Source of the DNA: Phoronis australis
Lineage: Eukaryota; Animalia; Phoronida
Reading direction: 5' to 3'
Length of the DNA: 64,000 nt
Assembly (NCBI GenBank): GCA_002633005.1
Contig: NMRA01000001.1
Location: 4,501,384 to 4,565,383, forward strand
Shown piece after piece: positions 24,101 through 39,100 of the stretch. A program made the translations under genes and the position numbers. Below the pieces are notes generated by a model that had not been told where the DNA came from, ran no database searches, and was given only the letters and a program-made list of their open reading frames with translations. Within the stretch, counting starts at the first letter, position 1; each line of letters starts with the position of its first letter.

Positions 24101-27100
24101 TGCTGCTAATCATGTTGTATTTCATATAAACCAATCAAACCTGCATTTTGCCTTGTTTAGCTGGCTAAAAAATTAAAATCCTATTCCAAATAGACCTTTT
24201 ACTCTCATAAAATTGGTCTCGACTTAAAATTGCTTACCATGACTGGATGGTATTTCTGTTATGAACAAGAACATTAAAACCATCAGCGACTCAAAGTAAA
24301 CGCTTCATAGTTTATTGAGGTTGGCCAGCCCTAAAATTTCTAATTTCAGAATGGCACATGTACGAATTGCTTTGACTTAACTTTTGCCTTATCTACAATT
24401 CTACAAGATCAAGTGATAGTGGTAATGTTTTTAAAGCTCAAAATGCTTTGGTTTAAGAATTCAATTTTGACCTACGAAAAAGTGTGGGAATGGAGGATTT
24501 CCACATTTAGTTTAATTAAAGTGGCTATTTACGGGCATTCTGTCCAAGTAGGGAACTTTTGATTTAGTTCACAATTGGTCTCAAGTTGTTCCTTAATCTG
24601 ATGAGAAGTACCTGTAATACATTGTTTTGCAGAGAACTGACAATTCATTATTGTTTGAGACCAATATTGCTTAGCATATAAAATGACAGGACATGACAAA
24701 GCAACTTGTACTGCCTAGTCTCAAGCAATAAGTCTCACTTCTTTCGAAGCACTTAAATAACTAATTTGAGTGGTGTGGAACAATCACGGTAAATTTTTTA
24801 AATCAAAGATTGGTTTTTGTGATGCTAAGTGGGTTAATGCAGCCACTTTCATAAAGACATAGTAAAGCTCCTTCATGTATTTTACTCTGCAACAGACTTA
24901 TGTTTTGCTAAGGATTAACTTGGTATTGAAACAGAGTGGTTCATTCCCTTGTTGTCACCATTGGCTGATAAATAAGATATAGATTTGCATTTTTTTTTGT
25001 TGAATTCACTATAATCTTGCGCATTAAAGTGCAATTTTCCAGTGACACTGATATATTACATCTAGTAACTTGAGCATGTTATATCTATCCATATTCAGTA
25101 ACTGGGTTCCAAGAATCGTTTTTTTTAATATTTAACTATTGGACTTTGGTAAGAGTTACAATTACAATTTAGCTGCACCCATGAGACCTGTATGTATTGT
25201 CAAATTCACGCTTGACAATGTAAAAATGGGCAGTTGTAGCAAAAGGCAAATTTGAACAGTGAGGTTGACTTGTTAAGTACGACATGGCATAAATATAGGT
25301 TATTGAATGGTTCTGGGGTTATCAAACATATTGTGAGGAATGCGATGGCTTTTAGAAAAAATATCACTTGAAACCATTCAATAACCTATTTATCTCTCAC
25401 TCCTCTGTGATATAAATAACACTTGCTGTCTGGTAGAAACCTTTAATTCCTTCATGTTGACAGTGGCGGATTTAGAAGGGGGTTATGCCCCCCCCCCTAA
25501 AATTCTCCTAGATTCCATTTGGCAATACTCTGCCTTGGGCCCCCCTAACTAAAATCCTGGATCTGCCCCTGGCTGATGCTTTTGAAACTACCTGGATGAT
25601 GTCATAGGTCATCAGGTCAATACTAATGACAACAATATTTGTCCTTTGCTATGTCAAAATGGCTTATAAGTTCAGTGAAGAAAGTTTACCAAGATTTGAT
25701 GTTGTTTTAACGGAGGGAATATTGTTTTTTAAAGTTTGATTGTTTCGCTTTTATTGATAAATAAATGTTTGAAAGTTCCCTTTTTACATCAAGTAATGTT
25801 ACAGTCAAGTAATACCGCTCAGACATTGAGTATCCTTGCGCACGTCTAGTTCGTGTACATTTTTTCAACTCTGCTTGTAATGCGTGTGCCATGGCTTAAA
25901 GTGGTAATGTGGGTGCTTGCAAATTCAGAAACTGAAGTTCAAATCCCTCGCAAGCAAAGTTTCGAATTTCCCACCAAATCGATATATCACTCCGTGACGT
26001 AACTAAAATGTTTATTAAATGGTCATATCTCTAGAAAAATCACTATAAGCGAGGGATAAAGTAATGTTATTTTATGGCAAATCTTCCTGAATACTGCTAA
26101 TCAGCAAGCTATTCGTTCTTAACTCAGAATGTTTTGGAAAGATTTTGATAAAACTTCCCTGTGAAGCTTGGAGTTGAGAAAAGAGCCATCGAGTTTTGAG
26201 CAGATACCAAGGTTTGCAGTAATGCAAAGGTTCTTAAAACAATCTACTTTTGATTTTATATCAAAACAAAATTCTTATTAAGACAATTGTTAGCCGTCTG
26301 TGCACATCTATGCTTTCTACGTTAATGACAGCCAGTCAGCATATTATCCTTTGATTACACACTTTTTATGATACAAGGTGATGGGGGAGGGGGGGGGGGC
26401 TGTAATGTCTTAAAGAAAGTTTGCACTGACTGGTGTTTTGTATTTTGAGGTTATCTAAAACAAATGTTATGTCAGAACCCAAATGCCTTAAAAAGATTTT
26501 CAAGTACAGTAACAAATCTAGATGAGATATCTAGTAGTTCACAAACAGGTTTGAACAGTGTTACCGTAGCGACAGCTAATAAAATATGAATAACTTATCG
26601 CCACAACAGCGGTCAGTGCTAACAGTGACTCAGACCAATTTGCTGTTGGTGAGGTTTTAAAAACTTCATAATATGTCCAATAATTGATTGTAGCAGTTAC
26701 AAACAGCTGTCGACAACATATCAATCTGTAATTTGCAAGAAATCAGTGATAAACAGTGACACTCCCATCTCAGTCCCTGGCAAAGACACCGGAAGATAGA
26801 AACAGAAGTTTACTGTGATCCTAGCTCTGAAAATAAATGTACAAGTCCCCTATTAAGTTTTTATGTACAGTACCTACCACCTTTGACCTAATTCAATGAA
26901 TCGAAACATTTACTATTCTTTTTTGCTACTAGTACTTTTGTATGAGGTCACATTGATAGTGTCCATGCTATCTGAACCTTGTCGATAATAGTAAAATATG
27001 GGAAGTCTTTATCAGCCACGCTGTAGGAACTGTTTGAACTTGATTCAGAAAATGAAAGTGCTCTGCAGAGCGACACTCACTGAAATTGAACCTTAACGAG

Positions 27101-30100
27101 AAAAAATCTGCCATGCTTGGTGGATAAATACTCAAAAACATCACACTTTACAAAGAATTGGGTCCAGACTCCCACACAGTGTGGCTCAGTGGTTTGGGCT
27201 CCGGACTCCTGTTTGGGAGACCTTGTGTTCGAATCCTGGCTTCACTGGCTGACCATCGACTACTATGCAAAGGTGTCTCCGACTCCTCTGAGCTCGGTCT
27301 TACTAATGAATGTATGCAAGGGAATGAATGAGAACCTGAATATAATGCGAAANNNNNNNNNNNNNNNNNNNNNNNNNNNNNNNNNNNNNNNNNNNNNNNN
27401 NNNNNNNNNNNNNNNNNNNNNNNNNNNNNNNNNNNNNNNNNNNNNNNNNNNNNNNNNNNNNNNNNNNNNNNNNNNNNNNNNNNNNNNNNNNNNNNNNNNN
27501 NNNNNNNNNNNNNNNNNNNNNNNNNNNNNNNNNNNNNNNNNNNNNNNNNNNNNNNNNNNNNNNNNNNNNNNNNNNNNNNNNNNNNNNNNNNNNNNNNNNN
27601 NNNNNNNNNNNNNNNNNNNNNNNNNNNNNNNNNNNNNNNNNNNNNNNNNNNNNNNNNNNNNNNNNNNNNNNNNNNNNNNTCGATTTCCGGGGCTGTGTTC
27701 ATATTAAGAGACTCCTGCACAAAGGCTATTGTTGCATACTTTAAACTTGCTGTATGTTAAGGATCTCCAAAAGATCCTCAAAGGCTATTTCAGAAACCTC
27801 CATTTTTCTGAAGTGAGTTAGTGTCAACTGTGAACAAAAAGGTCTCGGTGGGCTCTTGGGGGAAAAAATGGTGGGGCTCTTTTGGAAAATTGTGACTGAC
27901 CAGGTGACCACTGTGCCATCATTCAGCAGTGGGCTTTATAGGTGTTGTAACAGAGTGCCTTAGTATGAGATTAGACAATCCCCGCAATGACCTAATGCTA
28001 CTTATATTTAGTTCTTGATTTTTGTTTACTTTTCTTCGTCTTGGATGACAGCATAAAATGGACTGTTTTGAAATAAACTTTATATTATAAAATGCATGTA
28101 AGCCTACTCTTAAGTACTCATTAGACACCATGTTACTTTATGCAAACATTTCTCAAGCAATGTCTACTTGGTTGTCCCGGCTTGCAACCACATTGAGTGT
28201 ATCTTTTTTCTGTTTCCTGCTGGGTGACAGCAGTATCTCTAGTAGCAACTTCCTCAGGAAGTCTCCAGCTAGGTGACTATACATACCTGTAGCTTGTTTT
28301 GGAGTTTCCTGCTATGCGAGTAAATTACCTCTAGTAGCAAGTTTGTCCTGGAATCTCCAGGTAGGTGGCTATACCTGTAGTAGTAAGCTTGTCCTGGAGT
28401 GTCCTGCTTGGGGGTCTATGCCTCTTGCTGCATGTTTGTCCTGAAGTCTCCTTTTTCACAACTGGTGACCTCTAAGTAGCAAGTTTATTCTGAAGTAAAC
28501 TTGAATTATTTTAAGAGTCCTTTTAAGGATTCAAATTGAGAAAATAATGACATTTTCCATGTACCTTTGACCTGTACCAGGTGTGCAAAACCATCCCTAA
28601 AAAGCTCAAAGATGTTAGTGGTGGATCTTTAGAAAATCTCCTGTAATTGAGTTTGTGTATTCTTCTGACTGGTATGTCTTAAAACTAATACTGTCCCTCG
28701 TGTACAAGACCCTACACAACCAGGTTGCCATCCCCACACATACCTTTCACCCCTACATATTTCTAGACCACGTAATTCCCACGCTCATACCTTTGAGAGA
28801 ACATACATTCACACTGCATACTACGCAAACTTTTTCTTCCCATTTACTATTTTACTCTGGAATAGACTTCCACAACATGGTCAGAAACAATAGAGATGTT
28901 CTCGAGTCACATCTCGAACATCAACCTTACCCAGTGAACAATAAAACTTGTTTTTATCGTGAAACTTACACGCACTTTGTTTTGTTGTTTTTTTCACAGT
29001 TATGCACAGTTCAGTTTATCACTATCATGCGCCAACATATACGTAAGGATTCGGTATTTGGATCGTTTGTTGAAAACTAGAAGATCTGACCATGTTGTTG
29101 GGTAGGAGTTCTGTATCAACCTGTGGCAGACATACTGTGTAGTGATGGCGGGTTTACTTACCAGTCACATAACTAGGTTTGACTGATGTGTGTTGAATGG
29201 CATACTAATTGATTTGAACATTGTGTTAATTGCAACAACCCAGAGAATGGTTGACCTGCAATTCACATCAATAGCAGTAAGCCTGGCTATATGACTGGTG
29301 GCTTCAGTGCTCAGTTAACAGTTAGTGACTGTTCTCTAAAATTTGGAACAGTCGTGATTGTTTTCAAGTACTGGTGCTCAAAACATGCTTTTAAGTTCTG
29401 TAACCATGCAGACAGTCTTTTGAAGACTAGGTGACATTTGTGGAAGTGTTTGCAGAGCTCCTGGAGTGAGAGATAGTGTTTATTTGCTGAGGTTAAAGAT
29501 AGGTCTTTTATGAAGGCATTATTTATGTAGGCTGCAACTTGGATCAAAAGCTTAGTAGCGTGAGGGCAACCAGACTCTGACAGTAGTGTGCAGGAAGTTG
29601 GATAAGGTGGACTAAACCTTGAACTTATCCTGTAGCAGTGTGGTTATGACACAAGTGGTGTATTTCATTACTGACCAATTACTACTGGAAACATCACCCC
29701 TGTGTGTTGAGGTGTAGGGTAGCTTGGTTTGACCTCTGGGGCTACCTGTGTCAGTGTAGAGTGGCAGTCTGGACTTCCAGGCCAGGACTGGAACACTCAT
29801 CATTAATCATACACTGATGGTTTAATGAAAAAGGGAATTAGCTGGTATTGTTTCAACTCAGCTCCTAATCTTTGGATACTTTGGATTTAAGCGTTTTTAC
29901 GTCACAGTCTGTGACAGCGTGCCATAGTCTCTAGGACTGGAGTTTGGTTGGATTATAACGTGTGATTATTTGGTGACTCCTGGCCATTCCTTGACCATGT
30001 CTGTGACAAGAAGTGTTAGTTGTGATGAAGGTTCAGGACATGAAAGTGAACCGTGTGAGTGTGATGCTTGCTTTCTGTCGCTGGGAGACAACAGTAGACA

Positions 30101-33100
30101 AGAGATCAGCTGTCCACCGACCAAGAAACGCTTAACTGTACGTAAGACATGAGTATAATTGTGATTACTTACATGATTAGCACGAGTGTATTATTAATAT
30201 ACCGATAGCAACTACTACCATGTTAGGTCAATAACTGAGTACTTCCAAGTAAGATTTGTTATAATGGAGCTAATACTATACTATAATGTGGATGTGTTAT
30301 TGCTTCTTTGACTAGTTGATCAATATCATTTCCTTCAAGATCTGCCTCATGATCACATGTGTCTGGGCATCAGTCCTGGTACAGCAGTATGCCTTGATTA
30401 AATTACTGCTTCAATTAACTGGACTACATCTGCTAATTCAGATAGACTCATGGGATATCCTGCCAATATTCAAGTTCCATGGTGCAGCATTGTGGGAAGT
30501 CTGAACTAAGTTAGGACCAAGGTGTCTGGTCTCACTTGTTCTTCATGGTCCATTTCAAAGTATTCACTTTGCAAAGGGATGTGAAAGTGCTTTTGGAAAA
30601 TTTAAGTGAAATTTATCAATCTTATCAGGAATAGCAATCATATTAATTGCACTGATGGACATTTCCAAAATGGACAGTAAATTTTAAACATCTACTCTCA
30701 AGTCTGCTCCATTGCTCTCCCTATAAATGTTTGCTTTAAAATATGCATTTTTGAAAACTTCGTATATACTCTTATGAAGTTTTATGGTGCCACATGACCA
30801 ATGTCTGGAGGTTTTACTGTATGTTTGTCCAGTAGGATGTGCAGTGCTACAGAGTGCATGCTCATTGGGAGAAATTATGTTGAATTGAAGCTACGAGTAT
30901 AGTCATTGAAATGTCTCCACTCCATTGTGTGCCAAAATTTACATAGTGATTTTTTGTCTGTGATCCCATGGGTCATATAATTTGACATAGGGAATTGGAC
31001 GTACGATGTGATTCTGAGGAATAGTATCATAACAATTTAATATATATCTGCATGGTGCACCTGGTTACTGCAGTGAAATCTATCCTAGCAGTCACTGCCC
31101 TCAAGATATACGTAATTCAAGGTCACCAGGTCAGGTCCTGTTTGCTTTATTCAAAACCATTGATATGATTCTAGTCTTTGAATGAATATGGAAAACTTTA
31201 TTTTCCCTTGTTCAATTGCAAACTCGTATTCACAAAAACTTAAGCCTTGGAAAATAACGATTAATAGATTGTAACCTTTGATTAGCGCCTTCTCAGTTCT
31301 CTTTTGCTCATTTGTTTACATTGAATGAGGCGTGTCACCAAAGCCAACAGCGACACGCGCTAGTCGACACTTGTGTTTGCTTTCGTTCAAGCTTATAAAA
31401 AACATTTTGTCCCAACTTGATGCACTGATAAAAGTGGAATTTAACTGGGTGCCAAAAGGAACACAACCTAAAAATAGCCCAGGGTGATAAGGCATCATGT
31501 GAATACATTTTATATGTGCAGATCTGTCAGATAATCTGTGCTCAGGAGAAGGTGATATTTGATTTTCCTTTTCTTTATCAGGGTGGATATCAGCAGGGAT
31601 CTATACACATTCCTGCCTGGTTAGTTAAGTTCCATATATTGTCAGATTACAATACTATTCAGATAATTTTTGTATTGTGTCAGTACACTTCAATAAGCAG
31701 TTAAGCCCCCTGAAATGGACACTTCCTGTTTTTACAATAATTCAGGAGGATTATGGCCTTTCTCTTTGTATTGTACAGGATTAATACTGTAAACATTTGT
31801 GTTAATATCCTGTGCTTTCAGTTTGGTCAATCTGGAAATTCAGGTGGGGAAACAGGAGGAGATAATGCACATTGTAAACAGGCACCAAAATTCTTAAGAC
31901 TGCCTCCATCCTTGTGTTTTTATTCAAATTTTCTGATTCAAAGGTTTAAAAAAACATCCTGTCACAAAACTTCTACAAACTACAACAGAGGCATAGCTTA
32001 GTCGAATGATGTGTTGGTACGCAGGAACTATACTGTAGTGAACATTTCAGTGCATAAAGAATCTTTTGGCTAATATTTTGTTTACGTGCTCAGTGACTAG
32101 TTTTGTCTGAAATAAAAAGCCTTGACTTCCATAATCAGGTGATTCAATTTTGTTTCCTTGGCACTGAATCTGTGCCATGTATGAAGAAAATAAGTCATCC
32201 ACAAAATATCACTTGAACCCACCAGTCCTGTCACTATGGAAGTAACAAGACTGTTTAAGGCCAGTAAAACTTCGAGAAAATATGTGTTATATGGAAAATA
32301 AATTTGTTGTAGCATAGAATGAGAGTCTGAGGCTGACTAAATGGTGAAATGATTTTTCTCCAAGTGTCTTTCTTGGCCATAAACTTATGTTTTTACTGGT
32401 GAAATGAGTATGTTGCTTTGTCATAATTTGTTTGTTTGTTTCTTTGCTCGCGTGCTGCAGATCACAATTCTTTTCGGATCAACGTGAAGTTTGCACACAA
32501 TGTGTCTTGCGAATGGCTAGAAGACTATTGTTTTTGGTTGAACTCCATGGTGCTGTAGCGGCCATATCTCTATTTCTCATGTCATTTTTTCTCTAGATTT
32601 TACTGTTCTCGAGTTATTCGAGACTTTCTGAGGACTGGTCTTCAAATAACTGTTTTTGTACCGCATCTTAGGCATCCCTTGATGGATCAGTGCCTGAAAA
32701 TTGGGATATGGATAAATCTTTTCAATTGCTTTAAGCACTGTGATACCCGTTTTTTGCAAAGACTTAACGTTCTCGCGATGTTCGAGGTTTACTGCTCAGG
32801 TGACTAGTTATTGATTTAATCTCACAGGTATATGGTGGGTGCACTGCGTAGCAATGGGTGCTTGGTTCCAAAAATTTAAAATCAGGGTTGATCACTTCCC
32901 TGAGTATGAGCTATCACTGGAATATTTACAATACTGTCTGAGCACTGCTACATTGCTGTAGGCAGAGATGTGTGTCTTGTTGATTGTTGTCACCCGACTA
33001 ATGCCTTGTAAATTTTACAAAAAAATCTCATCTCATTGTATGTAATAATCCAGCATAAAAAATCTGTCATGAATATTTGGTTATAATCATCTTGCCTTTT

Positions 33101-36100
33101 ACAGAATTGATTAATAGTAAGCTTAATATTTATCCCGGGGTAACTCCCATAGTAGAGGTAAACGGGACAAGACACTTGGATTGGTAACTTAGTCTCCCTT
33201 CAAAGGTTGCTTTTTTAGAAAAATTTCCACTTTACGAACTTGGAACTTTATGACAGGTTTTTGATATGGACTGTAATTTTGAATCTTCTATTGCTGAGAG
33301 TGAACTCATTGTTGACAACTCGACCTCTCTTATTGTATTATTTCAAAGTTACTTGTTCAAAATGCATCTGTCCAAGAATTCCGATGAAAGGATGGTGTTT
33401 GTAGATTGAGCCCCTACAAAATTTGGGGTTTCTGAAACAAGACCCTATGAATGTGTATCTGACTTTCTTATGGAAGTTCCCTCCAAATGGACCTCTATTC
33501 AAGTCTGATTTCTTAATGGGTGACATCCTTATTTCCAGCTGCCCCATCTTAAGGCGGTGGGCCAGAATTTGTAGGGCTTCTAGAAAATGGTTTTTGTGAG
33601 TACTTTAGGGGGGCAATTTTATTTTGGTGTTTTTTAATTCATTTGCTAGAGTGTTTTCAAAATCTAAAAAGTTCCCACATATAAAAAATGTAAAGTGACT
33701 CCTAGTGGCAGAAGTCTGAGTGTTACTAGGAAGTTACTCTGGCGTTGTCTGGCAACAAAATAACATAAAACACTTGAGACTGGGCAAAATTTGTGCCTCA
33801 ATGACTGAACCCTTGACTAATGGTGTAAACTATAGCTTGTTTGCATAATACACCAGAAATACGTTATAGAAAACAATATAGTTGAATGATCTCTGTGAAT
33901 GTGCACACAAACTATATGAAAATAATAGATTATTCTGACAGCGTTTATCAAGCAGTATGAGACATATACATGACAATGATCAAAGTATGTACTTTCTATG
34001 ACTTAATCAACAAATAAAATTAACTTTTAATACAAAAAAGGAAATAACGGGGTTGGAGGTCTATTTAGGGTTGACTTGTCAAAGAACTATCCAATGTTAT
34101 GCAGTCAGTGTTGCTGATGTTACTACAGTTGTCACTGATGCACATTTCTGTACACTTTGACCCAGCATTGCAGCACAAACTCAGTTTCCCTGCACACACG
34201 TTCTTTTTGCACTTTCAGCATACATCGTTTAGTACTGTCAATGGAGCTGTGGGCGTTGCCATACATTTTAACTGCAAAGCTCCACTGCCAAGGAGCCAAC
34301 TATGGTTAATTAGACCACATGCAATGAAGGGTCAAACACTAAGTCCTTGTTTGGAGGCGGGCATTCATATGCTGGTAAATTTGATATGAGCTATAATTTT
34401 ACAATGCTGCACAACCTAAATATTTTACTATACCACAAAATCTGAAAGAAAATAAGCATTTTTCTTGCAGTTCGCCATTATTTTTTGTAACAGCGTGGCC
34501 ATTGTTGTCACTGGTTTTTGGGGGTAGAACAAGTTGCGCTCGATCAACTGCTTCAGTTTCAATTACACATCTAAACACAAACTGGGGCATTGCGGAAGGG
34601 ATCATCTGTTACGCATGCGTAATAGTGTAGATATAAGTGATTCGCTAGCATTCCACGTGGTTTGGATGTTCGTTGTTGTTGATGTAAGCATGTGCAGACA
34701 GTCTTCATGCAAATGCTGATCTAGTTTGCCATCTAATGTCACGTAAATGCGTCTAAATTGGAGCAAGTCGCTCCGTGACAACTTGCACTGTGACAACTGT
34801 ACTCCGTGTAAAAACAACTACATACACTAAGGTGAATCCATGACAGCCATGATATACAGCCATGTTCAGTTTTGTTCACCTGAGGTCTCGGCACTCTTTT
34901 CCTGTTTTTATCCTCATCATCAGTGCAACCTTCATTTGGCAGGTCTGTACATTCAGCCTGTTATTGATGTCTGAGGGCATTAGCTCACTGTAATTACTTG
35001 TTGAGTTGCTGCGTTATTGATGACCAATCAAAGAGCTCTCTTAGGATTCCACAAAAGTCTTAAATGTCTCTGAACACTTTTTACACTCAATGAATTGTTT
35101 TTGAAATTATCCAAACTTCGGAAATCATCTTAGCTTCAAGCTTAGGTTTTAAGTTTTTTCACAAAGTTCTGGTTTGATTTGGGTGATTTTTTGAGTCATA
35201 ACCGGAGTAGTTGGCCTTTAGAACTAAGAGCAGGTAAATTGAAGGACTTTCATTTTTGCACCCCGAGCACTTGCCGTTGGTTTGAGTGGCCTGAACAGCG
35301 TGAGGTTGAGTCCATTTATACATTCATCCAGCTATAGGTATGTTCAAGGTGTGTTTCATAAATTTCAATTTCAAAATTTTTGCCTGTGGCATGAACAGTG
35401 GCTTAGTATGGATCTATAAGTTATCAGTGCTTTGCGCAAATCTGACCGACCTACCTACTAACTGTAGGCCTATGTGGTAAAAGTTAGCGGCAGGCATGGT
35501 AGAAATGTTTCCTGATGGAATCTCAACACATTACGGCAAATAATGGGGTGAGAACGAGACTTTGGCGACTGCACTGAATTTGATAGAGTCTCCCAGTAAC
35601 GTATGTTTTTGTTCTTTTTATTATGGCTGCCCAATAGAGATTTTTGCCAGAACAATCAGTAGCTAGAAGGTGTCTGCATGAGTTGGGTGTGAAAGGTGTT
35701 CTCCAATAATCTACCTTGTTGTACATGCGGTGTTTAACCATTTCAACGAAACAAACTAATTACGTGGTCACGCAGTGCAGCTGTATTTTCCCAACAGGGG
35801 GAGTTTCTCCAAGGTAACATTAATGGCCTCGCTGCATGCTAGGTTTTTATGTAATTCCTAGGTGTCGTTGTCAACATTTCATCTGTTTTCACCATAATTA
35901 TTTGCATTTCTGTCATGTAAACGATGCAACTTATTTCACTGGTTTTAAGTATACTTTTGCCATAATTTCAATGAAACCGGAAATCAGGCCATGTTTGGGC
36001 CTATTGTTCAGGTATGCTCTAGAAAGTTGCAATTGATTTGTATACCCAAGCTTAAAGCAAAGAGTTAGAGAACCACCTATGTGCTTGCTATCAAGTAGAA

Positions 36101-39100
36101 AACTGGTTCTAAAAGTTGGGAGGGGGGGCTATTATTTACTGTTACTGTTTCCTGACTGCTTTTAAAACTCATCAAAACCACATTGGTATCTATTCATGAT
36201 GCTGTTTAGACCAGTTAGATGATTCCATCTTATTATGACTATTATGTATTAATGTTGTTGAGACATGGTTTACATGTGGGCATTAAAATAATGATCTAAA
36301 ACTACAGGTTTGTTCCAATGTTGGAGTTGTGTCATTGAACTAATCTTGTTACTATAAATCAATAGATGTGTTTTGAAAGCTGGTGCCCGCATGTTCCATC
36401 TTACAAGCAGAGTTTTGATAGACACCGCTTTCTGTTGTATAAAACTGGTCTCAAGGTATTTCTTCTCATATGGGAAGTGGTTCGTGAGCTTGGAAAGAAC
36501 TAACAATTGGTTACTGCTTGAGATGAATGGATAACATGACCCCGTTATAACAAGCAATCTTGTCACTCCCAGGGGTCTGCGACTTGAGATTCATAAGACA
36601 GAAATTTGGTCTTGCCATCCCACTATATTTAAAGTAATAAAGGTTTAGAAATGTGGGGGGGGGGGTATTTCTTGTCAGATCTAAATGAAATTTGCTCTCA
36701 TGGGTCTTAGTAATAGATCAAAGACCTTTAAAGTTTTGTTACACAACTGATGTGCTGGACATTATGTTGCCTATATCTCACATACATGGGCCCCAAGTCT
36801 GAGGCTGTTTTTCAATATCACATCACACTACATCCCACAAGATTTGTCAACAAAAAAAGTATGTACCAGTTTTAATCTGTATGCTCCAACCTTCCGTCTC
36901 AGAGTAGAGGATCTGTAAATGAAAACCTTGCGTTTTTGTTTTCAACATTTTGATTCTAATTTGGCCAAAAACTAATATTAGCCAGCTATTCAGGTAGAAC
37001 TGCAACTTTAAGCCGAACATTGCCACTTGTGCATTGTCTATCTAAAGCCAAGTTCTCAAAAAATGCCAGTACTTGAGCATTTGAACACAAGGTATAAATA
37101 AGAGAAAATCTCACTATCCAGTGTTTACTAACAAGTTATTTTTATCTAATGACATAAAATTGTCACAAATCATTCCATGACACTTAATTGTTATAGTTAA
37201 ACCACAAAGTCTCCTCTTAACTTGTCAGATTCACCGACACTCTTGCCTTCCTGTTTTGTGGCAGCGCCAAGTTCTACTTAGCTTGTTACTATTTGTGTCC
37301 ATTTGAAATGTCCCTTGCGTCAAACTGACATCACAGTGACCTTTGTTCCTTATCATTGTGTAACCACAATGCATCAGTGGTCACATGACCTGGCCATTCA
37401 GCTGCTTGACTGCAGTGTGTGTTGTTATCAAAAGTCAACACACACTACTGAGGACCCAGAGGGAGCATGCCTGACGGTCAGTTGTATACTATTCTTCAGT
37501 ATTGGGCAAACACTGTCAAGAAAATGGTTAAAGACCTTAGCCAACACTGTATGGTGGCTTGTGATCTTCAGGTAGTTCTATCAAGATCATTAATTGGTGA
37601 TTTCTAATTAATTTTAAGTAATTTTATTTTTTTTCTAGTATGGCTCGTTTTCTGAAAGTCAGTGACAACATTTTGTCATGATAAATTATTCATGATATTT
37701 ACATAAGATTTGACGAAAACAAAATACCGGGTATGCTTAAAGGTTTTAACTGAGTTTTTTGACGATCCTCAAGAGTATTGTCACAAATAATTTTCAACTG
37801 TTAGGTTAACTTTCTTACTCTTAACATTCTGAGGCTGGCTAATGTGTACCACTTAAAGGCGTGGAATGACTCGAGTTTTAGCACACCATTTATCAAATCA
37901 TCAAATGTACACCAGCCAAGAGAGGTGTTATAATTTTCTATAGTTTACCTCGTTATGTGATCAATTATACCTTCAAAATGCTGATGATCTGTTTTTCACA
38001 TCAGTGTGTTGCATGTTAAAAATAGTAGTCTAATTTAGCCTGCCTGAAGTCATAGACCATGTGTTGTTTCTGCCAATTGATGTAAAAATAGACTTATGGT
38101 GGAAGAAATAGTTGCCAGATCACCCCAGTAACTCAATTAAACATATACAAAAATGTGTGAAACAGTTTTTCATGTCTGTTTTCAAGTTTATCTCACTTGG
38201 ATGTTTGTTGTGTTAAGCGGCACATGACCACTAAATAACCTGTTACTTAGTCTCAGTAAGGTCATGCCTAAACACTTATATTTTTGGGATGAAAATGTGG
38301 TAGACTTCGTATGCAATTGACCAATCAGTATGTGTAGACAAATGTTCCAATACGACTTTTCAAAAAACATATCGTACACAGTTGTCCAGAGGTCTTTACG
38401 AAATATTGGATTGACAGTGCATAGATCATGCTTTACCTCTGTAGTGTTACTGAATTAATGACAAGACATGATTTTAACTTGTTGGTTGCAAAAATTATGA
38501 AGTTTATGCTGCGAATGTGGGTTGTAGACATGTAGTTATGTTTTAGCGTCGGCATATGATTTAAAAATGGGTATATTCCAGTTTTCCCGGATTTTGAAGA
38601 CTAGTTTTAATTCATTCTTTTTAGCTGTTATTGATTTATAAAAAATGAAGATAAGATGAGATAAAGGGCACTTCAATCTCCTTACCCTATAATCACGAAT
38701 CAAAATTTTGAGATGATCTGTTCTCTTTTCAGCAGAGTTCATGGAGAAAAATCCGTAACATGGTTCACTGGTCACCTTTTGTGCAACAGTTTAAAAAGAT
38801 TCAGTATCCATGGATACAGTTGGCTGGTCATCAAGGTATGTCTTGCTTCTACCTGGTCAGTTATTAGTTCAATATTTTGTCATGGCTGTCTGTCAAAAAC
38901 GAGTCAATTTTTGTCACATTATTGTTCAACTCTTACTCTATAATGATGTGAATAGCTGTGACAATCTTCCCTCGCCATTTTTTTCATGTTTTGAAGGATT
39001 CGTGGTTCCTGCTCAAGAAAACTGTTTGTGATTTGTTGAATTTATGCTACAATCAAAAATTTTTTTCTAGATTCCTCGAGTGGTCTTTGGTTCTCTAGTT

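Noticed and set aside
25891-25950. Second tRNA-like or SINE head (TGGCTTAAAGTGG...GTTCAAATCC)
   Set aside because: Boxes degenerate and no body or tail identifiable.
27175-27250. Functional tRNA gene
   Set aside because: A and B boxes are present, but I could not form acceptor and anticodon stems; treated as a SINE head.
27117-27720. 190-196-aa ORFs
   Set aside because: They span the second N gap.
30142-30147. GTAAGA as the donor of the alternative exon
   Set aside because: It would be phase 1 and frameshift the next exon; GTACGT at 30138 fits phase 0.
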